A DNA stretch of 64,000 nt from a virus (IMGVR_UViG_3300036798_000278:1546-65545), one strand, 5' to 3'. Positions 44,100 through 53,665 are shown, counted from the stretch's first letter. Translations and numbers: made by a program. Notes: a model not told the origin generated them from the letters alone.

Positions 44100-45251
44100 A
44101 TGAGCAAGTCCGACATATCGGTCGAGTCGAAAGGCTGGCGAGTATTGGTGCTTTCGGAGATCCGCACGGATGCCGGCTGTCAGCCCCGGAGCGGCATCTC
44201 CGACTATGTTGTTTCAGAGTACCACGCGCATCTTAGCCGCGGCGGCGACCTGCCCCCGGTAGCCGTGTTTTATGACGGCTCTGAATATTATTTAGCCGAC
44301 GGCTATCATCGATTCCACGCTCATGACCGCGCCGGATTAAAGAGGATCAATGCCGTCATCAGTCAGGGCACCTTGCGCGAAGCGGTGCTCTATTCTCTCG
44401 GCGCCAACCAGACGCACGGGCTGCGGCGGTCGAATGAGGACAAGCGCCGGGCTGTCGAGAGGATGTTCGGTGACGATGAATGGCGGAATTGGTCGGATGC
44501 AAAGATTGCCGAGCATATCGGCGTCTCCCAAACATTCGTGCGTGACCTGCGGCCCAAGATTGCGCCAACTTCACATAAACTAAGTTCGGACGAGTCGGAG
44601 CGGCGGCTTGGTCGCGACGGCAAGATGCGTTCCGCGTCCCGGAAACTCAAGGCGTCAGGCGTCACTCGCACGTCTGAACATTCCCAATCCGAACCGGAAT
44701 ACGAAGAGCCGGCTCGTCAGGTCGAAGAATCCGCGGGTGTTCTACTCCCGCGGGTAGCGGTCCCCGCAAAAGACAGCAGCGACCGGCAATCGCCCGCTCC
44801 TGCTGATGCGCTGTCGCCGCACGACGCTCCCGAAGGCAGGGACAGGGACGTCACCGAATCCCCGGACCCCCGGATAGCGGTCTCCGATCGAGCGCCAGCG
44901 GATGATGTTGGCGTTGACGCTGCCGGAAGTGCGCCGCTCGACGATCGCGAAGGCGGAGACAGCGTCGTCACCCATCCCGAGCGGGCGGCGGTCGCTGACC
45001 CCAATGCCCGGCCAACCGACGGTATGGTCCCCTATTGGGTAGACCTGAATGACCCCGTGAGCTTCTTCGCCAATGGGCTTGCGATGGCGATGAAAGCGAG
45101 CCGGGTATTGCAACCAGAAACGTTCGCAAGGTACTGGCCCAAGAACATGCCGCTGCGGTCCGAGGAGTTGAACGAATTCTGCAACTGGCTGTCAGAGTTT
45201 CGGGCGCGGTACAAACGTGGGAACGACGCTGCGCTGCGGGCAGCGGAATGA
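44100..45251 (+). CDS. ParB/Srx-domain plus HTH protein
   Basis: LPPVAVFYDGSEYYLADGYHRFHA...GANQTHGLRRSNEDKRRAV...WSDAKIAEHIGVS. Confidence 0.85.
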   Translation: MSKSDISVESKGWRVLVLSEIRTDAGCQPRSGISDYVVSEYHAHLSRGGDLPPVAVFYDGSEYYLADGYHRFHAHDRAGLKRINAVISQGTLREAVLYSLGANQTHGLRRSNEDKRRAVERMFGDDEWRNWSDAKIAEHIGVSQTFVRDLRPKIAPTSHKLSSDESERRLGRDGKMRSASRKLKASGVTRTSEHSQSEPEYEEPARQVEESAGVLLPRVAVPAKDSSDRQSPAPADALSPHDAPEGRDRDVTESPDPRIAVSDRAPADDVGVDAAGSAPLDDREGGDSVVTHPERAAVADPNARPTDGMVPYWVDLNDPVSFFANGLAMAMKASRVLQPETFARYWPKNMPLRSEELNEFCNWLSEFRARYKRGNDAALRAAE

Positions 45252-45475
45252 TCGAGCACGAACGAATCTGGCTACAGCCGTGGTGCGCTGAGTGCGAGCG
45301 GCATTGCACCTCAGATGAAGGGCGGCTGTGGTGCCAGGATGACGTTTGGGGCAAATGCGACGAGTGCGGCGCGCCGGCAGTCGCATATATCCGCGACGTC
45401 TCGGCGCCCCCGAAGAGTGCGGCAGGAATAAAATCCGCGCGCAGCGGCACTGCGCAAAACTGCAAAGGCGAGTAA
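45248..45475 (+). CDS. Small Cys-rich (zinc-finger-like) protein
   Basis: CxxC...WC...CxxC. Confidence 0.6.
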   Translation: MIEHERIWLQPWCAECERHCTSDEGRLWCQDDVWGKCDECGAPAVAYIRDVSAPPKSAAGIKSARSGTAQNCKGE

Positions 45476-45477
45476 GT

Positions 45478-45639
45478 ATGAAAACCCTCACCATCGCTCT
45501 CATCGTCGCCGCTGGACTGGCATGGGGTTCGCCCACTGCCCATGCCGATTGGTTCTCCGACTTTTTCAGCAATATCAGTTCGTTCGTGGACGGCGCCGTC
45601 GACAACGGCGTCACAATTGGTTTGGTATTGGGTTCGTAG
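45478..45639 (+). CDS. Small secreted peptide (53 aa)
   Basis: MKTLTIALIVAAGLAWGSPTAHA|DW. Confidence 0.55.
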   Translation: MKTLTIALIVAAGLAWGSPTAHADWFSDFFSNISSFVDGAVDNGVTIGLVLGS

Positions 45640-45728
45640 CAGTTAAGGAGTCGGCGCGGGGTGAAAGCCCCGCGTCCTATTGGACAGGCACTTAAGGTCG
45701 CCAAACATATGGCGGAAATTGAGTAAAC

Positions 45729-46139
45729 GTGGCAAGCGACCCCGTCACTATAACACTGCTCGGGAAGCCGGTTCCCGGCAGTCGAGCACAATCGAAATAC
45801 CGCTGGATACCCAAGAACCAGCAGCATGCAATGGACCAAATCAAGCTGGCCGCGTCAGATGCGATGCAAGGCCGGGAAATGCTCGACGGCCCACTGAGAT
45901 TATGGTTGACTGCCGAAATGCCGATCCCCAATAGCTGGTCAAAGAAAAAACAACACGACGCCATGATCGGGAATGTCTGGCCTACAACTGCTCCAGACCT
46001 CAAAAATATATTATGGCTAGCGGAAGATGCTATAAAATCAGTGGTTTACAGAGACGACGCGATCGTGTGCCAGCACTATACGGTGAAGCGCTACAGTGTG
46101 CAACCGAAGATAATTCTGACAATTGAGACGATCCAATGA
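45729..46139 (+). CDS. rusA: RusA-family Holliday junction resolvase
   Basis: GKPVP..R...MPIPNSWSKKK...PTTAPDLKNI...EDAI..VVYRDDA.VC. Confidence 0.85.
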   Translation: MASDPVTITLLGKPVPGSRAQSKYRWIPKNQQHAMDQIKLAASDAMQGREMLDGPLRLWLTAEMPIPNSWSKKKQHDAMIGNVWPTTAPDLKNILWLAEDAIKSVVYRDDAIVCQHYTVKRYSVQPKIILTIETIQ

Positions 46140-46444
46140 CTGGGAAGGTGTCGAAGACTGCGATCGTGTGGGATCTACAGCCAGAGAAGTGGCGCAGGAT
46201 CGGGCTAGAGTTCGCCGCGGAGTGTGCGGCAATTGCGGCCGGCGCGCCGACACAAGTCCCGCCGTTTAGGGCAAGTCCCAGTGAGCCGACGAACGATCTG
46301 CGGCGACTCCGCCTCAGGAGAGGGTTGTCTCAGAGAGCGGTCGCGGCTCTTGTCGGATGCAATCAGACGAGCATCAGTGATGCCGAGCTCGGCAGGGCCA
46401 GCGCCACAATGGCAACTCTGATTCGCAGGGCGTTAGAGGGATGA
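46136..46444 (+). CDS. XRE-family HTH protein
   Basis: LRRLRLRRGLSQRAVAALVGCNQTSISDAELG. Confidence 0.75.
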   Translation: MTGKVSKTAIVWDLQPEKWRRIGLEFAAECAAIAAGAPTQVPPFRASPSEPTNDLRRLRLRRGLSQRAVAALVGCNQTSISDAELGRASATMATLIRRALEG

Positions 46445-47244
46445 GCTTCTATCGGATGCAGCGGGGATGGCTGGACAATGTAGTTCTGGCAGGAGAGCCT
46501 TACTGTCGGCGGGCGGCCTGGATATGGCTAATCGAAAATGCAGCGTGGAGGGATACGGTCGTCAAGATAGACGGCAAGCCGGTCACGTTAGAACGTGGCG
46601 AGTTATCGTTTTCCGAGCGCTATCTCGCCGAGGCTTGGCGGTGGCCACGCAGTCGGGTGCATCGCTTTCTGACCGAACTTGCAACCTGGGGTATGATTCG
46701 ACCGCGTTCTGCCCGTGACCAAAATTCGGACCATCACACAGACCGTCTACAGAACATTCTAGCGCTATGTAATTACAGGAAATATCAGGATGGTGTAACC
46801 GTCTCCGCGCCACAACTTGAACCATCTCCGAACCATCTCCGAACCATCTCCGAACCAAAGAAGAAAGAAGTTAAGAAAGAAGAAGAAGACTCCTCCGCTG
46901 TCGCTACGGAGTCTGGCGCGCGCGCGAAGCGCGCAGGCAAGCCATCGCTAGAAGTTCGATTGGAAGAATGGAAACCGGCAGAGAAGCACTACCAGCTCGC
47001 CGAGCAGAAAGGGCGTGACTATGAGTGGGTCGCATTCGAGGCCGAGCGCTACCGCAATTGGAACAGGAACGCCAAGCATGCCCACAAAAATTTCAACGCT
47101 GGTTTCAGCAACTGGATTACATCCGAGCATCAAAACGGCAATGGCGAAGCACGATCCGGCCGCAACCATGCGCGCGGTGACAGCGTCGCTTCCGCCTACC
47201 GTGAGCTTCGCCTGGAAGCGATCGACGGACGCTTACGTCATTGA
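46441..47244 (+). CDS. Replication initiator (replisome organizer)
   Basis: AAWIWLIENAAW...LERGELSFSERYLAEAWRW...V.RFL..L...NY.KYQ; internal iteron-like repeats. Confidence 0.8.
   Translation: MSFYRMQRGWLDNVVLAGEPYCRRAAWIWLIENAAWRDTVVKIDGKPVTLERGELSFSERYLAEAWRWPRSRVHRFLTELATWGMIRPRSARDQNSDHHTDRLQNILALCNYRKYQDGVTVSAPQLEPSPNHLRTISEPKKKEVKKEEEDSSAVATESGARAKRAGKPSLEVRLEEWKPAEKHYQLAEQKGRDYEWVAFEAERYRNWNRNAKHAHKNFNAGFSNWITSEHQNGNGEARSGRNHARGDSVASAYRELRLEAIDGRLRH
46819..46856 (+). repeat. 11-bp tandem repeat (GAACCATCTCC x3.5), putative replication-origin iterons
   Basis: Exact tandem copies followed by an A-rich tract inside the initiator gene. Confidence 0.7.
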
Positions 47245-47623
47245 TCCCGAATACGGCTTCACGCCTCTCGGCGCCAGGGTTCTCGTCATGAATGCCTGTA
47301 GCGCTTCGCCGTCCGATATCGACCGAGCGCGGGACATTGTGCTGCAGAGCCTCGCCGCGACCGATAGCGCAACGGTGCTCAACGAGTTGGCGCGACTGCG
47401 GTTATGCACGGTCTCCCGCAACACCGACGGCGAAGATTTCAAGCTGATGTTGCGGGTTTACACCGATCGCATCGCGCAATTTCCCGAAGACGTTGCCGTG
47501 AAGGCGATGCGCGACTGGTCGGAGCGCAAGAAATGGTGGCCGGCGCTGGGCGAGCTGGTCACCGAAATGAACGACTGGATGGCCGATCGCCGGGCGATGC
47601 TGGCAGAACTGGAGCAGCTATGA
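47141..47623 (+). CDS. Putative helicase loader / replication protein
   Basis: Follows the initiator; Y.DRIAQFPED.A.KA.RDW....KWWPALGEL. Confidence 0.6.
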   Translation: MAKHDPAATMRAVTASLPPTVSFAWKRSTDAYVIDPEYGFTPLGARVLVMNACSASPSDIDRARDIVLQSLAATDSATVLNELARLRLCTVSRNTDGEDFKLMLRVYTDRIAQFPEDVAVKAMRDWSERKKWWPALGELVTEMNDWMADRRAMLAELEQL

Positions 47624-47823
47624 CGGGGGAGCAAACGGACGCCTACATTGCCGGTCGATTGCATATTCGCGGCCAGCGAGAATTGACCCGAGAGGAGTCC
47701 GATGCCGCTCTCGCAAACCTTCGAATGAGTTTAGGAATGCCTGCCGAAGAGCCCGATGCACTGCGGCGAGGCAGGGTTGCGCTGGGATTGGAGGAAGATC
47801 CTGCAGGGGAGTTGGGAATATGA
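47620..47823 (+). CDS. Small hypothetical protein
   Basis: 67 aa; ATGA overlaps. Confidence 0.55.
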   Translation: MTGEQTDAYIAGRLHIRGQRELTREESDAALANLRMSLGMPAEEPDALRRGRVALGLEEDPAGELGI

Positions 47824-48116
47824 GCGGTGGTTGGGCAAATTTGCATGGCGGGCCGTCCCCGTGGACGTCGGAACTGCAAGAGACTGTTCGCCGGTTGTTT
47901 GCTGAAGGCATAAACACCAAGGAAATCGGCCGCCGGGTCGGCCTGACCAAAAACCAGATCGTCGGGTGGCTTGATCGGCATGATCTAAAGTACAGAGAGT
48001 ACGACGGCCCCACCACCCTTGACCGACTGCGCGCTTATCACGACAAGCTGGACGCTGCGCTTGCCGAGGACAAATCTATCCCGCGCATAGCGCCCGATCG
48101 CACACATGCCGGATAA
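47820..48116 (+). CDS. GcrA-like cell-cycle regulator N-terminal HTH
   Basis: WTSELQETVRRLFAEGINTKEIGRRVGLTKNQIVGWLDRHDL. Confidence 0.75.
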   Translation: MSGGWANLHGGPSPWTSELQETVRRLFAEGINTKEIGRRVGLTKNQIVGWLDRHDLKYREYDGPTTLDRLRAYHDKLDAALAEDKSIPRIAPDRTHAG

Positions 48117-48322
48117 GCGCGTCTTGCGGTCGCGCTACAGTGTGGTCCCGAGCTGAACCGGTGATGTGGTCGGGACATTCAGTGATGACAGTAAGGGTGC
48201 CGGCCGCGCGGCTGAAGAAAGGGAGTAGTGTGGCCGCCGCCGGCTGACGGGGTTTTTAGGGCATGGAAACCTGGGCACTATCCGTCTGATCCCACCGCAT
48301 TAAAGGCGCGGCAACCTATAAC

Positions 48323-48460
48323 TCATTCGTGCTCAATTGTTCGCGTTTCGGCAAACCGAGCTTTTTCCATTTCCCGCCGGAAATTCCGCGGGTAATTGTC
48401 GAAGTAGCAGAGTATTTTCCACCAACGCCAGATGTGATGCCACCTGATGTATTGGGTCAT
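48323..48460 (-). CDS. Trp-rich micro-ORF (45 aa)
   Basis: MTQYIRWHHIWRWWKILCY...; TGATG-coupled to a 22-aa ORF at 48460..48528. Confidence 0.45.
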   Translation of the reverse strand: MTQYIRWHHIWRWWKILCYFDNYPRNFRREMEKARFAETRTIEHE

Positions 48461-48545
48461 CACCCGATCCTCCGGGCACTTGTCGCCGTAATCGTCCACC
48501 AATGTTTGCCGTCCCAATGATAGGTCATCGGTTTCTCCTCAGCCT

Positions 48546-48731
48546 CTACAGTAGGGCATATGAATTAGCTTGCACGCAGACTCCGTGATCCCGCGCTGTG
48601 TCCGCGAGCACTTCCCATTTGCGCTCGTCTTCCTCCGACCACGCGAGTTCGCTGATCGGCAATTCATATTCGATCGCGACGCTCGGCGTGATGACGCTGT
48701 AGAATTTGTGACCATCTTTCGCGTATCTCAT
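48546..48731 (-). CDS. Small hypothetical protein
   Basis: 61 aa; GAAGGA RBS. Confidence 0.55.
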   Translation of the reverse strand: MRYAKDGHKFYSVITPSVAIEYELPISELAWSEEDERKWEVLADTARDHGVCVQANSYALL

Positions 48732-48781
48732 CGGGTTCCTTCTCAGCCTCTACACCTGGCTTGCGCCATGCAGCGGAGCGG

Positions 48782-48979
48782 CTAAGCTGCCCGCTCGATT
48801 ACGCGTAGTTGATGATTCGGGAAGTTCCGCTTCGCCAACGCGACAGCGCCGGCTTTTGTCTTGCGCGAGTTTAGCGCATAACCATTCGAGCCGTATACCT
48901 TCCACACTTGCCCATTGAACTTCACGGTAACGACAGGCTGTGGATCGCTGGCGAAGGAGAATTTGATCAGGTTTGTCAT
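48782..48979 (-). CDS. Small hypothetical protein
   Basis: 65 aa; GGAG RBS. Confidence 0.6.
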   Translation of the reverse strand: MTNLIKFSFASDPQPVVTVKFNGQVWKVYGSNGYALNSRKTKAGAVALAKRNFPNHQLRVIERAA

Positions 48980-49104
48980 CGGGTTTCGCTCCAGCTCATT
49001 CAGGTCCGGACTTTTACCGGACGACCCTCTCTCCTGCCGTCTGCATTGGATTGCCGGCCTTCCAGTTCGTTTTGCGGGTTCAACATCTCCGCCTTACAGA
49101 TGGG

Positions 49105-49192
49105 AATATAGCGCGATTTTCCGCGCCGTCAAGAGAAATTGTGCGAGGAACGAATAAAATATCTTGACGTGACGTTTTCCGCCGCTTATGTA
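49105..49192. promoter_or_regulatory. Divergent sigma70-type promoter pair
   Basis: Rightward TTGACG(49164)-N17-TATGTA; leftward TTGACG(49132)-N16-TATATT. Confidence 0.55.
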
Positions 49193-49216
49193 AGGAGCGT
49201 GAGAACGGAGGAACCG

Positions 49217-49411
49217 ATGACCAGTAAGCCCGGCGATATCGATTACCCCTACGCGACCCCCGAGGAAATGAAGGCGCGGCTTGGCCCCAGGTGGGCAGTT
49301 ACACGCCGTACACCGAACATGGTCGCTCGTTACGGCGAAAATTGCAGATTTCTGTCTCTGAAGGCTTATAAGCGGATCGAGGCTGAGTGCATCGCGGCGC
49401 GAGTGACATGA
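49217..49411 (+). CDS. Small hypothetical protein
   Basis: 64 aa; GGAGG RBS. Confidence 0.6.
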   Translation: MTSKPGDIDYPYATPEEMKARLGPRWAVTRRTPNMVARYGENCRFLSLKAYKRIEAECIAARVT

Positions 49412-49635
49412 TCACAGCCGCTCAATGCCGCGCCGCTCGCGCCTGGCTCGGCATGACCCAAGCCGAGCTCGGTCTTGTGATTGGCCGCAGCCATCACGCC
49501 ATCCGAAGTTTCGAGAACGGCAGACTTGATCCGCTCATAATGTTTGCTTTGCAGCATGTCTTGGAGGATCGCGGAATTACATTCGCCTTCGTGGACGGGC
49601 GACGCGGCATTGCGGGCCCCGAAGAGGACTGCTAA
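49408..49635 (+). CDS. XRE-family HTH regulator
   Basis: MITAAQCRAARAWLGMTQAELG...IRSFENG...LEDRGITF. Confidence 0.85.
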   Translation: MITAAQCRAARAWLGMTQAELGLVIGRSHHAIRSFENGRLDPLIMFALQHVLEDRGITFAFVDGRRGIAGPEEDC

Positions 49636-49646
49636 AATACTGAGGC

Positions 49647-50147
49647 ATGCAACGCCGGTCCGACCACATAACACCCACTCCGGAGCGCCGCCGGCACTCG
49701 GGCATTGAGATCCTCGACCGCGCCATAGCTGACGACGCTGGGCGGCCTTCCCAGCCTTACCGATCCATCGACATACTCGCGGCCCTTGAACGGCGCGGCG
49801 CAATCACGCACGAAATGTGGGCTGCCGGCGATCGTTTCAGGTCGACTTTCCGCCGCGCTCAAATCGACCCGCTTAAAGCTGCGAACTGGCTGCATATTCG
49901 CGGCGGAGAGACGGAGCCCGCAGCCAGCCGGGCCGAAAATGCCCAGCGATCGATTCGTCACGCGATCCATGCGCTAGGCCCGCAAGGCGGCTCCTGCCTA
50001 TGGCACGTCCTCGGCTGGGAGCAATCTGTCTCCCAATGGGCTATGCAGCAAAGCTGGAGCCGGCGTCGCGTTTCGATTGATGTGGCGACGGGCATTTTTA
50101 TTGCCGCACTCGGCGTGCTGGTAGCGCACTACGAACGGGGATCATAG
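49647..50147 (+). CDS. DUF6456-like putative late-gene transcription regulator
   Basis: L.RRGAIT..MW.AGDRFR..F...LW.VLG...S...W...A.GI..AALGVL..HY; upstream of terS. Confidence 0.7.
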   Translation: MQRRSDHITPTPERRRHSGIEILDRAIADDAGRPSQPYRSIDILAALERRGAITHEMWAAGDRFRSTFRRAQIDPLKAANWLHIRGGETEPAASRAENAQRSIRHAIHALGPQGGSCLWHVLGWEQSVSQWAMQQSWSRRRVSIDVATGIFIAALGVLVAHYERGS

Positions 50148-50148
50148 C

Positions 50149-50379
50149 ATGACGTCAGGACTACTCGACGCGCTCGGTCTGAGTTTTCTCGACAGGCCTG
50201 ACCTGAGTAATCCGCTCAACGCCATCCAGCAGGCAAACCCCTATTACGGGCTCAACGTCTGCCGGCAGGCAACTCCCTCAGATATCGCCTATTACGAAAG
50301 GCTCGAACGCGAGAGGCTCTATCGCTCGGTCTCGCAAAATTGGCTCAACGCTATGATCGACATCGAAATCGGCGCTTGA
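50149..50379 (+). CDS. Small hypothetical protein
   Basis: 76 aa ORF in the late operon. Confidence 0.5.
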   Translation: MTSGLLDALGLSFLDRPDLSNPLNAIQQANPYYGLNVCRQATPSDIAYYERLERERLYRSVSQNWLNAMIDIEIGA

Positions 50380-50454
50380 CAAACTCAGATTTATAGCGCT
50401 CCGCATAGATAGCTTCCCGAAACAATCCACGGCGATCGTTTCCAAATTTTTGCG

Positions 50455-50646
50455 ATGACCAACCGTGAAACAGCGGAGATGATCGCCAAATTCCGTACAC
50501 CACCAGGGTTCAGCTGGCAAGATTTAGCCAATGATATCGAAACAGCGCTCGACATGCGGTCAAACAAGCCGACAGCCGAAATAGAGCCCCGGCTCAAAAC
50601 AACCTACCGTATGATGCGGGTTTATAACGCTCACTGGGTAAGGTGA
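50455..50646 (+). CDS. Small hypothetical protein
   Basis: 63 aa; GTGA overlap with terS. Confidence 0.5.
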   Translation: MTNRETAEMIAKFRTPPGFSWQDLANDIETALDMRSNKPTAEIEPRLKTTYRMMRVYNAHWVR

Positions 50647-51146
50647 GCACCAAGCGCCGCCACGGCGCCGATACCTACACACCGGAAATAGCAGAAGCTA
50701 TATGCGAGCGCATAGCTAACGGCACCGGCTTGGTAGCAGTATGCCGGGAGCCCACCATGCCACCCGAAACCACCGTGCTGTCATGGATTGAGCGTGAGCC
50801 TGCATTTGCTGAGAAATACGCGCGCGCGAGACAGCGGCAATATCAGCGTTGGGCTGAGGAAATCCTTGAGATCAGCGACGACGTCGCGCTCGATCCCAAC
50901 GACCGTCGCATCCGGGTCGACAGCCGCAAATGGCTGCTTTCCAAGCTCTTACCAAAGCAGTACGGCGACAAGATCGAGGTCAACACAACGATCAGCAAGC
51001 GCGCCCCGATCGAGCTTACGGACGCTGAGATACTCGCGGAACTGGGCGCGGCGGAGGCCGCCTCCGCACACAACCCAGGCAATCCGCCGCTCTTAGAGCA
51101 CGAGCCCGATCCGTCCCATACTCCGCCCTATACTAAAGACTCGTAA
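50643..51146 (+). CDS. terS: Terminase small subunit (Sf6 gp1-like)
   Basis: YTPEIAEAICERIANG...TVLSW...FAEKYARAR...RVDSRKWLLSKLLPKQYGDK. Confidence 0.92.
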   Translation: MSTKRRHGADTYTPEIAEAICERIANGTGLVAVCREPTMPPETTVLSWIEREPAFAEKYARARQRQYQRWAEEILEISDDVALDPNDRRIRVDSRKWLLSKLLPKQYGDKIEVNTTISKRAPIELTDAEILAELGAAEAASAHNPGNPPLLEHEPDPSHTPPYTKDS

Positions 51147-52675
51147 TGGGCTTCGACGTCGTTGACCGAAAGTTCCGCCCGGAGCTTTCGCCGCGGCGCC
51201 GTGAGCTGTTGCTGGAGACGATGGTGCGGAGGGGCGCACGGCAGAGCCTTGAGAGCTTCATTGAGGCAGTTTCGCCGGAGACCAAACCGGCTCGTCATCA
51301 CCGGCTGTTGTTAAAACACCTGGAGGATGTTGATAACGGTGTTATAACGCGGCTGATGATCTTCATGCCTCCGGGCAGTGCAAAGAGCACCTATGCGAGC
51401 ATCCTGTTCCCGCCCTGGTTCCTCGGGCGCAACCCTGAGCGATCGGTAATCGGAGCATCGCATGCCGGAGATCTTGCCGAGCGATTTGGTAGACGGGTCC
51501 GTAATATCGTTGGATCAACTGACTTTAGGCGAGTTTTTGGCTTTGGCCTATCCGGCGATAACGCTGCTGCTGGACGATGGGAAACAGAGCGCGGCGGAGA
51601 GTATTACGCTGTCGGCGTGGATGCGTCTGTTACCGGTCGCCGCGCGGATCTCGGGATCATTGACGATCCGGTTAAGGGACGAGCCGAGTCCGACAGCCTC
51701 ACGATCCGAGACCGCATCTGGGACTGGTACAAGTCGGACTTCTGGCCCCGGCTGAAGCCTGGGGGCCGTATAGTATTAATAATGACTCGGTGGCACGAGG
51801 ATGATCTCGCGGGACGTCTCATAGCTGAGCAGGGGAGCGGCGGAGAGCGCTGGAAGGTGCTCTCGCTGCCGGCTGAGGCTGGGGTTGATGATCCTCTTGG
51901 GCGGGCTCCGGGCGAGCTTCTATGGCCGGAATGGTTCAGGCCCGAGATGTTCGCCGAGGCCAAGCGCGACATGCGGAACTGGTCCGCGCTGTATCAGCAG
52001 GAGCCGACACCGGAAAGCGGCGACTACTTCGAGTCCAACTGGTTGCGCTGGTACGATCACGCTCCTCCGCTGGAGCACATGCGCATTTACGGCGCGAGCG
52101 ACTATGCGGTGACCGCTCAGGGCGGTGACTACACGGTACACGGGATCGCGGGCGTAGATCCTAACGATGACCTCTACCTACTCGATCTGTGGCGCAAGCA
52201 GACGTCATCGGATGTCTGGGTCGAGAATGGGCTTGACCTAATGGAACGCTGGCGGCCAATTATGTGGGCCGAGGAGAATGCGCAGATCGAGAAGGGTGTT
52301 GGACCCTTCATCAATAAACGTCAGGCCGAACGGCGACTATTCTTCTGTTACCGCAAACAATTCTCCTCGGCCCTGAATAAGGCGACCAAGGCGCAGTCGA
52401 TCCGCGGTCGGATGGCGATGGGGAAGGTGTACTTTCCTCGCAGGGCATCGTGGTCGGCTGATCTTGTATCGGAATTGTTACGGTTTCCGGCAGGCAAGAA
52501 CGATGATCAAGTCGATGTGCTTAGCCTGTTCGGGCGTATGCTGGACAGCCTTATACCGGGTCAGGTGCCGAAGGATGCGGAGCCGATGCGGGGGATGTAT
52601 GAGATGACGATGGATGAAGCTTGGGAGAAGTTAAAGCCCAAGCGCGACGCGCGCGAGTCGGAGTACATCATGTAA
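51146..52675 (+). CDS. terL: Terminase large subunit
   Basis: IFMPPGSAKS (Walker A), GIIDDPVKG (Walker B), IMTRWHEDDL, ASDYA and DDQVD nuclease motifs. Confidence 0.96.
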   Translation: MGFDVVDRKFRPELSPRRRELLLETMVRRGARQSLESFIEAVSPETKPARHHRLLLKHLEDVDNGVITRLMIFMPPGSAKSTYASILFPPWFLGRNPERSVIGASHAGDLAERFGRRVRNIVGSTDFRRVFGFGLSGDNAAAGRWETERGGEYYAVGVDASVTGRRADLGIIDDPVKGRAESDSLTIRDRIWDWYKSDFWPRLKPGGRIVLIMTRWHEDDLAGRLIAEQGSGGERWKVLSLPAEAGVDDPLGRAPGELLWPEWFRPEMFAEAKRDMRNWSALYQQEPTPESGDYFESNWLRWYDHAPPLEHMRIYGASDYAVTAQGGDYTVHGIAGVDPNDDLYLLDLWRKQTSSDVWVENGLDLMERWRPIMWAEENAQIEKGVGPFINKRQAERRLFFCYRKQFSSALNKATKAQSIRGRMAMGKVYFPRRASWSADLVSELLRFPAGKNDDQVDVLSLFGRMLDSLIPGQVPKDAEPMRGMYEMTMDEAWEKLKPKRDARESEYIM

Positions 52676-52904
52676 GGCCAAGCCGTTCTTTGATCTCCTG
52701 CCGCGCCGCTTCCTCTCCCTCATGATAGCATGAGGTGAAGATCTCAAGACAGGCGGCTCGCCAGGCATTACGCTGGAGATCGGTCCACATATGGCTTCCG
52801 GCACGTTTGGCCAACCAATCTGCGCGTTCGAGGTCGCGTTGCAGTGAAGTCTCCGGGAAATCGTTCATTGTGCGGAGCATATCCGGGTTAGTACGAGACC
52901 GCAC
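52668..52904 (-). CDS. Small hypothetical protein (moron)
   Basis: 78 aa, opposite strand, after terL. Confidence 0.5.
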   Translation of the reverse strand: MRSRTNPDMLRTMNDFPETSLQRDLERADWLAKRAGSHMWTDLQRNAWRAACLEIFTSCYHEGEEAARQEIKERLGLT

Positions 52905-53077
52905 AGTTCATCTGCGTCCGGTCGATTATACCATGTGCCGTAAGTCACCAATCGATCGAACCGATTTCCAACGGCTTTGCTTACGCTGTCCACATGGACC
53001 GCTTGAGTAGGGTTAGTCTTCGTGGCCCGCAGCCAGACCTGATATTGCGCTTCATTGCCCGCGATTACCGCGATCAT
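52865..53077 (-). CDS. Small hypothetical protein (moron)
   Basis: MIAVIAGNEAQYQVWL...GTWYNRPD; GGAG RBS. Confidence 0.6.
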   Translation of the reverse strand: MIAVIAGNEAQYQVWLRATKTNPTQAVHVDSVSKAVGNRFDRLVTYGTWYNRPDADELCGLVLTRICSAQ

Positions 53078-53176
53078 GGATTGTGCTCCTTGTAGACTAG
53101 ATCAGCCGCAGACGTCTCAAGCATCGCTCGAACCAAAGGAAGGCGGCCAGCTTGGCTCGTTGTGGTCGGGTGAGTT

Positions 53177-53641
53177 TCATGGTTCGTCCTTTTGTTTGGC
53201 GCGGCGGAGCTTCATCCTGCGGCGCATCACTTCGTTGAAGTAGGGCTTCAGTTCGGTGTCGGTCATCTGTGTTACGGGGGTCTCGGGCGATGGCGCGGTG
53301 TCAGGCTTGTCAGGGGACGGGACGGCGCGAGGCGATGTGGCGGGCGGAGGTGCTTGGTATAGTGAATTGTCCGGCGTGTGACGGCTCGGGCTGGGAGCAT
53401 TGCTGCGAGGGGCTTCGCGAGCAATCGGGGCTTTCTTCGGCGGTTCCGACGGCGCGAAGAACTGAAACCGCTCGCCCTTCTCTACCGCCTCGACAGCTTC
53501 GGCCATCAGGCGTTGATGGGGGAGCGGGGCTGCCGGAGGCTGGCCGATATCAAACTGGGCCGGAATTGGAATGCTCTCCCACACATGGGGGTCGCGCGGC
53601 CAGTGGGGGTTATGACAAAGGCGACAAATAGGCGGTTTCAT
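53177..53641 (-). CDS. Hypothetical protein with N-terminal CxxC..HW and a Pro-rich linker
   Basis: MKPPICRLCHNPHWPRDPH...YFNEVMRRRMKLRRAK. Confidence 0.6.
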   Translation of the reverse strand: MKPPICRLCHNPHWPRDPHVWESIPIPAQFDIGQPPAAPLPHQRLMAEAVEAVEKGERFQFFAPSEPPKKAPIAREAPRSNAPSPSRHTPDNSLYQAPPPATSPRAVPSPDKPDTAPSPETPVTQMTDTELKPYFNEVMRRRMKLRRAKQKDEP

Positions 53642-53665
53642 GATGCGTGTTTATAACACAGGGCG

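Noticed and set aside
45654-45675. Intrinsic terminator at the GCGGGGT-GAAA-GCCCCGC hairpin
   Set aside because: It is a stable GNRA hairpin but has no following U-tract. It might be an antitermination or processing signal, which I cannot support from sequence alone.
48117-48322. Structured ncRNA or riboswitch in the intergenic gap
   Set aside because: No recognisable family motif; only short uninformative ORFs and weak hairpins.
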